This document shows, piece by piece, positions 47,362-59,015 of a stretch of 64,000 nt of DNA. The notes below the pieces were generated by a model. It was given only the letters and a program-made list of their open reading frames with translations. It had not been told where the DNA came from and did no database searches. The stretch comes from Octopus sinensis (Eukaryota): the NCBI RefSeq assembly GCF_006345805.1, contig NC_043007.1:51398001-51462000 (forward strand), in the 5' to 3' direction. How positions within the stretch are numbered: the first letter of the stretch is position 1; each line of letters starts with the position of its first letter. Made by a program: the position numbers and the translations under genes.

Positions 47362-49511
47362 CACTGTGCATACGTTTCGTCGTCAGTGTTGTTCGTATCA
47401 CTGATTAAAGTTACGACGCAGGTTTGAAGCCGGTGAAATAGTGATTAAAAAAAGTTCAACTGTAAGGTAAGACTTTTGTTTTTTTGGGGTCCAGTGGGGG
47501 TTTGTTGTTTGCCGTAATTATATTTTTACAAACAAGAAGTCCTCACTGGATTCTGGACTCTGGTCTGCCTGCAGTTGAGTGAATAGAAGTTTTGTTTGGG
47601 GGCGTATCTCGCTGCCAAAAAATTGTTCACTTTTAGTGAATAGTTTGTTTTTTTTCAAAATTTGTGAGAATTTATCGAAGATACACTTTCTTTTACCAAT
47701 TTTTGTGAAAGGTGTGTTCAAGCGGTGGCGTTCCAGGTTCAAATCGGAATACCAAATTGGCATGGATTACCGCGTGGCTAGAAGATTTCTTGCTGTGTTT
47801 TTTTGAACTGTTGCTTTCTTTTCTTCTATATTTTTTGCGAGTTTCTTTTTATTGAACTGTTTTCTTTTTTCTTCCTTCCGTTTTGTTGTGACTTTCTTTT
47901 GATTTCTTTCCTTTTCTTTCTTCTTTTTTTTACAATTTTAATCATGAACTGTTTTGGGACTTTTTATTTAAAAAAAAACATGGCAAAGAACAAGCACAAT
48001 GTTTTGGAGTGGGAAATTGTACCAACCAAACAGTGGTTGAAAGACTTCGAAGAGAGGACGGTGGTGTTGAGGACCTACTCCAAGTCGCTCGACACCATCG
48101 CCCTATTTGAAAAAAACTGCTATCGAAAGGGAGTTGGCAGAGTATCTGCCAACTATTAAATTCATCTCCAGGGGTGTCAAATATGCAATGGTGTTGTTGC
48201 TATTTGACACCCCTGAGGAGGCTCGCAAATTTGCTAGCTAGCCATTGGAGGGCAGAGAGATTTTGTTTCTTCACACGTATTGTGGAAGGACGTCGATGAG
48301 GGCTTGAGTCTGTGGTTTGCCACGCGGAATAGAACCCGAGTGGATAGAGGACACTATCTGCCAGGGTCTGGGTGGCAGCGGAGCCAAGCTCCCCAAAGTA
48401 AAAATTTTACCTGCAGCTGATTGGGTGGGGTTAAAAGTGGTTTGACCCTCTGGACCCAATCAGCCAAAAATCTGGTATTTCCAAATCTTTTGAATATGGC
48501 CATGTGCAGGTACCCGGTGATTCTTGAGGCTCGCCACCAGGTATCATCGATGCCCGGGGCCTGGCCATATAAAGAAAAACTTCCCCAGGAACAAAGTAAC
48601 GCCCTGGAGCAGTTGGTTGAGACCGCTGTAGAAGAGGGAACGAAGGCAGCCGAGGATGTAGAGGACTCCTCAAAGAAGGACCACATGAGAAAGAAGGTGA
48701 GCAACAATGGATGCTCACCGAAGTATCCTAGAGATGAGGGAGTGGAGACGAATCTCCCGGTCACGGAAGAGACGCACCCTCACTCAGATGAGAAGAAAAA
48801 AAAGAGGAAGAGGAAGAGAAACGGGACATTGCCGGCAGTCGGTGACATAGTACCAGAATGAGTCGGAACCTCGTCGATGGGGATTGTGCCACAGGCAGAG
48901 GAAGAAACACCGTCGGTTGAAATTGTGCTACCGACGGTAGAAGTGACTATTATTGATCTTCTCATACAGAGGCGGAGAGGTGGAGAAGGTGCTAGAAAGG
49001 CACCATAAGGGAGTACTTTTAGCCTGCACACGGGATCCCGAATGGTCTCTGCAGATAGCTGTGGAGGTCATAACGTTGCCCGTGTTGCGTAGGCTGGAGG
49101 GACTCAATGAGGAATATCACATGTGGCCGGTCGACGCCGACACGGCACCCGCTTTGTGCTGGAATGAGGCGTGGGTGATGGCAGAGGATGAGGTCACAAG
49201 CGATGTTGGGGAGGAATATGGATAAGAGGTTGAAAAGCCTTAGTGTTTTTGAAAGTTCCTAGTTCGGACAAAAAAGGTAAGAGGCTCCGTGTCTCATTTT
49301 GTTATTGAATATTGGGAACAATGCAAGAGGTTTGTTGCCTCATGAATAATATAAGAGAACAATGTTCTCGGAAAGAACGATCGGCAGGTGTCGCTTTTTC
49401 CACCATTAATCATCATTTTCATTTTTCATTCACATAACATTATGTCTGTGTCCAGCCCGTAGCTTCCTTTCTCTGTGTAAGGCCTTTATGGCCAATATAA
49501 TGGAATAACGT
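47362..49511 (+). mobile_element. Tx1/L1-clade element copy 2, complete ~2.15 kb, ORF1 only
   Basis: 5'UTR homologous to copy 1; ORF1 at 47980-49225; 3' end TCTGTGTAAGGCCTTTATGGCCAATATAA resembles the Tx1 3' end at 62640-62670; flanked by the two halves of one SINE. Confidence 0.8.
47980..49225 (+). pseudogene. ORF1p pseudogene (frameshifts and stops)
   Basis: MAKNKHNVLEWEIVPTKQWLKDFEERTVVLRTYSKSLDTIALFE aligns with copy 1; knuckle remnant YHRCPGPGHIKKNF. Confidence 0.8.
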
Positions 49512-49640
49512 AGCTTACCTCCCAACCACATGGTTCCGGATTCAGTCCCACATGGGCAGGTCTCTTCTACTATAGACTCGGGCCGACGAAAACCTTGTGA
49601 GTGGATTTGGTAGGCAAAAACTGAAAGAAGCCTGTTGTAT
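49512..49640 (+). mobile_element. SINE family A, 3' half (resumes after the Tx1-like insertion)
   Basis: AGCTTACCTCCCAACCACATGGTTCCGGATTCAGTCCCAC...CTGAAAGAAGCC followed by (TA)n. Confidence 0.88.
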
Positions 49641-49789
49641 ATATATACTAGGGGTGTATGAGAAGTTTTGAGCCTTCAAGGCCTTCACGCTTTGAAGTCT
49701 TGAACCTTCATCGGAAGTCTTGTACCATGTTTTGTTTTGTTGAGGCTCAATAATTTTCATACACATATATACATGTATATATATATCTG

Positions 49790-49851
<62 letters not shown>

Positions 49852-52269
49852 ATATATACTTGTGTGTGTGTGTGTTCGCGCGCGAAACTCAGTGGAGACG
49901 TGAACTTGCATAAAAAGTATATATAGGCGCGCGCACACATACACACATACGCACACACATACATACATATATAGACAGAAAGGGAGGAGAGGTAAAGCAC
50001 GGGAAAGAAGTCCATCTCTCTCTGTATATACATATATACGGGTATGAACATTCCTACAAATATAAATATATATATGCATACATGTATGCATAAACAAAGA
50101 TACATATATATATATATATATATATACATGTAAATATATTTACGATACGACTGTGTTCCAGTTTTTTTTATTGTTTTTTTTTATTTACGTATCAGATTCT
50201 CACCGGTTTATAAATCCATTTTTCAAGTATTTCAGTTTTATTATCAGAATATGAAGTGGTGTTGGTCTGTGTACTGGATTTTTCTATTGTGGGCTACATT
50301 TTTGCATAGTTTACTGGCAGGATTTATTCTTCAGTCTTTTTCGCCATCAGGCTCTGATTTTATCCATTGAGTTAATATCATCAGTCATGTTTTTCTCGTA
50401 ATTTTGATGGATGTTGTTTGTGTGTATAATATAATAACAGCGTATTATGAGTATAGTATTTTATGATTTTAGTATTTTAAAATATATTTTATCTAGCTAA
50501 ATAGTAGGGTGAGTAATGGGGTTTGTTGCGACTGATCCTTGCGATCAATGCATAGTGAGATTTCAAGAGTCTTGCACTTATGAGGTGAATATAACAGCTA
50601 GATTCATGTAGTTTGCAATTTCATTTAACAGTGGAAATTGTAAACTACATGGTTCATTTGTAACTTGTTCTCAGGTTTATATATTTATATTGCATCGTTG
50701 CTAAGTTTGTTTTGTATCGTTCTCTTTTTGTAAAATGCTAGTATCAGTTTGGTGTGATGTGTTTTATTTCATTTTATGTCCTTGTGTTGTATATCTTGTA
50801 TACAATGGCTTCGTGTAGAGCACCTTGTGCGTTGAGTATTTTAGATTCCCTTCATTAAATAAAATAATAGATAAATATATTGCCTACAGATATTCAAACA
50901 ATTAGATGAAACTACGTAAAAAAATAGACACAAATGCAATACAATTGACACGTTAGGCGTTACTTATATTAAAAATACGCAAGCTACAAAGTTTATTACA
51001 TTAAACAAATGCATACAGTTTGAGGTTCCTGAATGAACAAATGCACACAATCGCATGTAGATCACACACAGACTGACATATTTACAGAATTATAAACGGT
51101 AGGGAAGCGTACACGATGATTTTATTGGAACCACAAGGGTTAAACAAAGAGGGCACCATACAAGGAACAAATGGGGTCGGAGACTTATCGAATGATGTGA
51201 ATAAATATATAATTACGAATGAAGATGAAACAAAAAACGAATGGACGTAGAATGGGTTTGATCCCATCAACCATATTCCTGCGTCGCCCAGTTTATTTTG
51301 TCCTTTTTTTAAAACTCCGCTTAATTTGGCACTTACATGCCCAAAATTCGGGCTACTTTCATCCTTCTTCTTTCGTACGTTTTTGCTATGTGCCATTTCT
51401 TCTCTAGACACGCTTTCCCTCTTGGGTGATATAATAAGAGGTTCACGAACCACTACATGAGCACAGGTTTGTCAATACATTCACAAGCATATATTAATTC
51501 ACACACACAAACATATATGCATGTTTGTGCATGTAAGTATATGTGTGTGTGTGTTTGTGTGTGTATCTGTGTATGTGTTTGTGTGTGTGCACTAATTTAT
51601 ATAACCGCAAACCCAGAGAGATGTCTTTTTCCCTTTTCCTTCCAGCCTCACTAAGATACTGACAAACATATATGTATTGCAAATAAAGACATACATACAT
51701 TCATATATACATACACATACATAATACATTCACATATAAAAACACACATACATATGTACACATAGACACATTGTATTTGTGATCTCACGTTTCCATTTTC
51801 TTTATTCCACATCCCTTCGCTTGACTTCCCACCGCACCTAGGGCGACTTATTACATACATTCAACTCACCATCAAAATCACACCTACCTGCTTATCTCTG
51901 TCGCCCCCACGCATACACAAACACTCCTGCATACACACATACACACAGCTACAATAAATCTCAACTGTCAGGTGGCATATAGAACGTGTGTACCTGGATA
52001 AGAACATTATTTCTAAAGGTGTCAAGAAAATATCCATTGTAAAAGTCAAGAGAGAAAGAAAATTATATATCTATGCGTGTACATACATTTATACATACAT
52101 ACATACATACATACATACATACATACATACATACATACATACATACATACATACATACATACATAAATACACAGAGTGCGAGCGGTATTTGAGGACACTT
52201 ACATATCAGAATATTAGTCTCTGCAAGCCAATTAAAAGTTTAGGTGTCACATGGCCGATAAAATGCAAG

Positions 52270-52640
52270 CACAAGAAATGAAAAGACATGCAATTTTTGT
52301 ACGGAACACAGAAATTTAGAAATTACCAGCTTTCTAGATGTTGCATGTTCTTTTGTAGGCAAATTTCGACTGGAACTGGAAGACGCAGCTGGAACTGAAA
52401 GTCTGTGATACCGCCGAGGAACATTGTTTCTACGATAGAATGGACATGGTCATTCAAAATACCCAGATAATCGTTGGTGGTTATCCTGTCGTGTATAACT
52501 AAAGGACAAAAAAAAAATCCTTGGTACAGGCTGCCTAAATCATCACAGAACCACTTCCATGCATCATAGTTGAGGTCAAACAGTTACGGTTACAACTTTC
52601 TTCGACCTGTCTCCAGACTTAAACTCGCTCCGAAGTGGAA
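52270..52640 (+). mobile_element. Possible Tc1/mariner transposase relic
   Basis: LSPDLNSL resembles the SPDLNP motif; no other motif recovered. Confidence 0.35.
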
Positions 52641-53397
52641 AAAAGAAAAATGATGATTTATCAGAGATACTTTTTCCGTTTATCAATATTAATCAGGGAC
52701 AGTTGTTTTAGTCACTATGTTTCACTATTCCGCGGTCCTTCTCTGTGAGCTGTGCCTACTGTCCTGAATTATGTTTACCAGAACTTGTCTTGCCTTGGTT
52801 TTGGAATGACTAATGCTCCAACCATTCGCGCTCCAGCAATTTGTTCTCCTTGCATTAAAATTACAGAGAGCCATATCGTGAAGTACAAGGCATACATAAT
52901 GCATAGGAGCACATATGTACAGATTAGAACACTTCTGAATTTGCCATATTGCCGATGGAATTTTTTTTTCTTTTTTACATAATGAATTTTGACACTTGTC
53001 GAAATATTGTCCGATATTTAAAAAAAGAAACAATGCATTTGTTTGCCAATATTAAGCGTTCAACAACAAGTCTCTTTTCCACGCTCACATGATTTTATTT
53101 CCACCCACAGGTGAAGAGAAAATATCACATATCTCTACCCATGGTAATCAACAGATAATAAATACTTTAATGCTTTTCTAATGGAATTTTTCAGCAACCA
53201 ATTAAATCTCGCTATATTAACAAATCATATCTCAACATACATTCGAATATTTTTCTTTCAGTATTGCTACACCACTGTACTTCCTTAATCGTTTAAGCGA
53301 TCTAGAAAATGAAATTTAAAGCAACTTCAGTTTCTGAAATGATGATGATTTCTTTATTGACGACAGAGGGTTTACATCTAATAATAAATCTCCCGAT

Positions 53398-53941
53398 GTA
53401 GTACCAGGCAGTGACTCTCATGGCTTCTGATCTTAACAGATTAGAAATATTATCATTTACATGTTTTGCCTTAGTGGAAAAGATGGGCTACAGCAAATAT
53501 TCTGTCAATACCTCAGATTTGCTTGTCAGCTGTTTGACCATAACCAGTTGAGCACGTCTCTTAGTGGCTGACGATATGTGCATCTCTGATCACGAGCAGA
53601 AGTAGTGAGGGGAGCATCATAGCCATGTATTGAGAGGAATTCTTTGGAGGTTTCAATAATTCACCTCTAGAAACAAGGGTATTTCGTTCAACATCCTTAA
53701 ACAACCCTTATTCAAGGACCGTTTGAGCGGGATGAGCAGCTTGACTTGAAAAAATTGTAACTGGGCCCTATCTATAATATCATACGTTTAATTTGATATT
53801 AGATAAGCATGTGGAGCACATATGGTTGTGACGCATGTGCCTGGTGTACCCATATCAGATGAGTAGTCATGTTGGGTATATTGAGTTTCGTATAGTTTGT
53901 CCATGTGTCACTTTGATGGCATGTACTGCTCTCTCACTCAA
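53398..53941 (+). mobile_element. N545 repeat, full length
   Basis: Homologous to 4696-5241; ends CTCTCTCACTC followed by (AAC)n(AAT)n. Confidence 0.8.
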
Positions 53942-54003
53942 CAACAACAACAACAAAAATAATAATAATAAGTATTGTTATTATTATTATTATTATTATT
54001 ATT

Positions 54004-54334
54004 GAGTGAGAGAGTAGTGCATGCCATCAAAGTGACACTGAGGTAAAATATACCCGGTATACCCATCATGACTACCCGTCTGATAAGGGTACACTAGGCA
54101 CATGCATCATAACCATATGTGTGGGACATGGTGATTTCATATCAAGATAAACAGCACATGACCTTGCAGGTGGGGCCTAGTTAGAATTTTCTTCTGGTCG
54201 AGTAACCCATCCCGCTCAAAAGGTCCCTGAATAAGGGTTATTTAAGGATGTTGAACGAACCACCCATGTTTCCAAAGGTGAATTATCCAAACCTCTAAGA
54301 ATTCCTTTCAACACATGGCTATGATACTCCCCGC

Positions 54335-54335
<1 letters not shown>
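54004..54335 (-). mobile_element. N545 repeat, 5'-truncated, convergent with 53398-53941
   Basis: Plus strand starts GAGTGAGAGAGTAGTGCATGCC; ATT tracts at both ends. Confidence 0.8.
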
Positions 54336-54368
<33 letters not shown>

Positions 54369-54398
54369 TATTATTATTATTATTATTATTATTATCAT

Positions 54399-54429
<31 letters not shown>

Positions 54430-54880
54430 CAGAGGGGTGTTAAATGAGGTAGACGTTACACAGGCAGATTACAATTTGTGCGGGGTATTACATAAAATCG
54501 AGCGCGAAAACAGCCATTAGTTGAGAGAAACGATATTAAAAGTGTACCTACACTACAAAATATGTGAATATATGGATGATGCATTCCCCCTGATACAGGA
54601 GACCCTCTAACTGAAATCAAAGAAGGTTCCATAAATTATCTACCCCAGATTCAAAAATCACACACCACCAAGATCACAAGCACTTGCACAACTCTTGCTT
54701 CTCCATTGTACAATTGCATGCTTACCATAGCTCCATTCATCCTCACCATTTTCGTCAGAGTCGCCTTTTGATATATTCTTTGGAGGAAAGCACTTTCTCC
54801 TCCATCCTCACTAATTATACAAAATAGAGAGAAACATAAACACAGACATACACGAACCTGCAACACGTGTTCAACTCCAA
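54430..54880 (-). mobile_element. Tx1-like 3' fragment (ORF2 C-terminus + 3'UTR + (AAAT)n tail)
   Basis: KMVRMNGAMVSMQL parallels RMARMNDEATLTMIL of the 63-kb element; (ATTT)n at 54397-54429. Confidence 0.5.
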
Positions 54881-55360
54881 AACTTTGATGCCAAAACCTT
54901 CAAAGTATTTTCTTTGAAATTATGTTCAAAACTGATAGCTAGACATTAACATAAAGACATTGCGTCAGTAATTACCGTTACATCTGAGGAAAACCTCGTT
55001 TTTGGACATTGCGTTTATCTGATATATTACGGTATATAAGTGTATGTATTTGTCGCACTTGCTGTAGTTATGTGTGTTGTGGATAAGCAACAAGAATGTG
55101 TGCGTATATATGTTTGTGTGTGTATACATATGTATACACACACACACACATATATGTGCACACACAAATGTATGAGTATATGTGTATGTGTTTGTGCATG
55201 TGTATATATGTGTGTGTGCATGTGTGTGTGTATGTGTGTGTCTGTCTGTATATGTGTATATATAAGTGTGATTCAAATTTGTTGATACTCCGAGACTTTC
55301 AAGCAAGATTAACTCCCAATAAATGTGCTGAGTGTCGTTCTTTCGGTTGTCCACTCAATC

Positions 55361-55406
<46 letters not shown>

Positions 55407-55497
55407 CCTTATATACACTATCTCGGGGAGGGGGAGAGAACTAGAAGTATACCTACAAGGAAACGTAAAAAATATCAAACTTTCCAATCTATAAACA

Positions 55498-55532
<35 letters not shown>

Positions 55533-56871
55533 AAACAGTTAAATAGAAACTGCATTCTCGATGCTGAAGTAAACTATTTGGATTAGGACAAAAGAAGAGA
55601 AAGAGTTTAACAAGAAACAAAAGATAATCTCAAACAGAATCCAAAATACGCCACAAAAATGTATGGAGAGGCAAAACATTTTTGCCTTTGCCTTTCATGT
55701 TGAGCACGAAGGTCGATGTAATTGACTTACCCCTCCACCGAAATTTGGTCTCGTGCCAAAATTTGAAACCAATATTTTTCTGTAACCTAGCAATCTAGAT
55801 TCTGCAGACCAGAATACAGGAAATATAGAAAAAGAAAAAAAACCTACATGCTATACAAATATTGAAATTCCAACGACTATATATTGTATGGAACCATCGG
55901 AGATTGAAGGGAACCATTCAGTGACAGTGAGCAGCTTGAGACTAAATGTTGATCAATACCTTTTCTACTCGCAAGCAGTGCTTTTGCAAAGATATCTTAT
56001 ATCGATTAATTACGTTGCCAGGATTAGGTTTTGGACAACAAAAATCTAGAGTTTAAGTAGCAACAGTAGCAGAGATAGACATACTGATAATGCATAAGTC
56101 AACATGTATTTACGCTACTTCCGCGAACGAGACGCTCCGTATATACAAACGCAAAACTAGCTTTAGCCTGCATAAACAAATAGAGCTTGAACTGGACAAG
56201 AAAATAACAATATTTACGATAAAAGATCACGTCATCACCAACAGATACGCCACTGAAATAAATATTCACAATTTCTGCAGTATAGATAACAAATTGCGAA
56301 TATTTACCAAGACAATATACCACACTGTTTCAGGATATCCCATACTAGCTCCGACAAAATTTACTTTAAGACATAAGAGAGTAAGTAATGATATTCTACA
56401 TACACCCATCCGCCCTATTTTAACTCGATAAAATCAAAAATCCAGTTGCACTCCCACCAATGCAAAACTGCTCGATAACATCTGCATATAGACAGAAAAA
56501 CGGTTGGCAGATAATACTCCGAACAGCAGTTTCCATGTAAAACATGATTACAATGTCCACATTATCTATACAGAACTATGGAACAATCGTAACGCTGTGT
56601 AGAAGTGAAGTGAAAAAATAAAGGAATTTCACCGGTCTAAATTTTTAATTTAAAATGCTTTCACATTTAAGGAGAATAATAAATTTTCCATGGTACATTA
56701 TTAAACACTGTATCACACAGAAATTGTCTCTGATTCAATTAGGTGAAGGAATTATTACACTGTACGACGAGAGACGTTCATTTCAATAAATACTTTATCA
56801 CGAAATAGGAAGACATCATTGTACAAGTATTGCGAGGTGGATTGTGTGCGTGTGTGTGAGTGTGTGTGTAA

Positions 56872-56925
<54 letters not shown>

Positions 56926-57652
56926 GTATTATGTATATATATGTATATGTACATTAGAGGAAAAGGACATCAAAAACCAATTCAGGACGAGTATCTCAAG
57001 TCATTTATAATAACTTAATTAGGTTAATTTGAGGTCTTACAGCTGCTTCTGGGATGTTTCAAGTGATAAGCTAGCATGTCCGTACACTGAGTATTCCATC
57101 ATAGAGACAAAGTGAGTATGTAGCCACGTTACATACTACAACCAGGCACTAGTCGCTAGCGGCTTCTCCCAGCAAATTAAATACATAACAAACACTAGGC
57201 TTAAAAAACACATCTCTAAATTCACCTCCGTGGGGACATGCCCCACTTATAGACACATTAACCCTTCCATTTTCAAATAGTAGACTCTAGCTCCTCACGT
57301 CACCATAAGTACCATTCAGTCTTCAACAGATCTACTCTGAAATAATCCTACTCCTCTCTGTCCAATATAGAATCTATTGTTACTTAATTCCTACCACCTA
57401 AATATAAATATATATATAATCATAACATAGGCCAATACAGCGAAAGCACTAACACTCAATATGACAGCATAAACGACACCCGTGACCCTTGCACTACAAC
57501 CAGCATAAACCAGAAGACGAACATCCTCGCTTCCGAGAAAGGTCGGAATACGGCTAAAACGAATGCTAATATTGATAGCACTAGTACAAACGTTAATAAC
57601 ACTACTACGACCACTACTATCACTACTACTAATATTACTATTTCTAATACCT

Positions 57653-57736
<84 letters not shown>

Positions 57737-57819
57737 GATACGACCAAATCCCCTAATACCACCTTTAACTTTAATTTGTCCATAAATAGTACATCTTCTC
57801 TCTCCACAACTAGCCTGCG

Positions 57820-58000
57820 CAGGATGGATACCTGCAACTGCCGATCCGGGACAGAATGCCCGCTGCAAGCCCACTACAGAAGGTTTAACGTAGTATACAA
57901 ATGCATTATCCACAACTTATTACATAATTCTACAAGCTACAACATCGGGTCTACTATTGATTTTCAAACTGAGATATTCTGCACATCTAAACACATTTAA
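57820..58000 (+). pseudogene. PLE Cys-rich linker and GIY-YIG N-terminus (duplicated at 58411-58591)
   Basis: TCNCRSGTECPLQAHYRRFNVVYKC...NIGST resembles CNCR..CPL.G.C..VVY...YIG.T. Confidence 0.7.
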
Positions 58001-58181
58001 ATAAGAAGAACATAGCAGCAAATTTACGTCCCTAGCCAACCGCATACACCACCTGTTAAATAGGAAAATACCGTATAGAATATCCTGGAACTAGTTTTTT
58101 TTTCAGTTCTATATTTAAGAGATGAGGGATTATGTGCATCATTTACATTATTTACATTTGACGGATATTTGTTTGTTGTTA

Positions 58182-58225
58182 ACACAACGTTTCGGCTGAT
58201 ATACCCTCCCGCCTTCATCAGGTGT
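58182..58225 (-). ncRNA. Minimal type I hammerhead, dimer type (palindromic helix III)
   Basis: ACAC-CUGAUGA-A-GGC-(14 nt)-GCC-GAAAC-GUU-GUGU; helix III is the AACGUU palindrome with no loop. Confidence 0.72.
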
Positions 58226-58273
58226 CTTGGGGGAAATTTCGAACCTGGGTTCTCATTCCAAAGGTATTTTTCG

Positions 58274-58327
<54 letters not shown>

Positions 58328-58772
58328 GATACGACCAAATCCCCTAATACCACCTTTAACTTTAATTTGTCCATAAATAGTACATCTTCTCTCTCCACAA
58401 CTAGCCTGCGCAGGATGGATACCTGCAACTGCCGATCCGGGACAGAATGCCCGCTGCAAGCCCACTACAGAAGGTTTAACGTAGTATACAAATGCATTAT
58501 CCACAACTTATTACATAATTCTACAAGCTACAACATCGGGTCTACTATTGATTTTCAAACTGAGATATTCTGCACATCTAAACACATTTAAATAAGAAGA
58601 ACATAGCAGCAAATTTACGTCCCTAGCCAACCGCATACACCACCTGTTAAATAGGAAAATACCGTATAGAATATCCTGGAACTAGTTTTTTTTTCAGTTC
58701 TATATTTAAGAGATGAGGGATGATGTGCATCATTTACATTATTTACATTTGACGGATATTTGTTTGTTGTTA

Positions 58773-58816
58773 ACACAACGTTTCGGCTGATATACCCTCC
58801 CGCCTTCATCAGGTGT
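58773..58816 (-). ncRNA. Second minimal type I hammerhead (tandem copy)
   Basis: Identical motif 591 bp away. Confidence 0.72.
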
Positions 58817-58864
58817 CTTGGGGGAAATTTCGAACCTGGGTTCTCATTCCAAAGGTATTTTTCG

Positions 58865-58925
<61 letters not shown>

Positions 58926-58927
<2 letters not shown>

Positions 58928-59015
58928 TTGAAAAATACCTTAGGAATGAGAACCCAGGTTAACAACAAACAAGATGAGGAGAAATATACGTCAAATGTAG
59001 ATAATGTAAATAATC
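58926..59015 (+). mobile_element. Inverted copy of the hammerhead-bearing repeat, lacking the ribozyme
   Basis: GAAAAATACCTTAGGAATGAGAACCCAGGTT is joined directly to AACAACAAAC. Confidence 0.7.

Larger units (their letters stand above)
57731..58925. repeat. Near-identical 591-bp tandem duplication of PLE-derived sequence, punctuated by (AAT)n
   Basis: ATAAATGATACG at 57731 and 58322; AATTTACGT at 58021 and 58612. The second unit runs into (AAT)n at ~58866-58925. Confidence 0.92.

Noticed and set aside
47362-47388. CTGACGA-C-GAAAC on the minus strand resembling a hammerhead core
   Set aside because: No stem II and no NUH site with stem I; it is the 5' terminal hairpin (CACTG...CAGTG) of the Tx1-like element.
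47518-47763. 81-aa minus-strand ORF upstream of ORF1 copy 2 (possible antisense ORF0)
   Set aside because: Not evidently conserved in the corresponding 5'UTR of copy 1; likely a chance ORF.
50250-50800. Possible PLE RT N-terminus on minus (RINPASKL)
   Set aside because: A single short motif amid stops is too weak to annotate.
56090-56680. 113-aa ORF and flank, possibly PLE-derived
   Set aside because: No diagnostic RT or GIY-YIG motif could be read.
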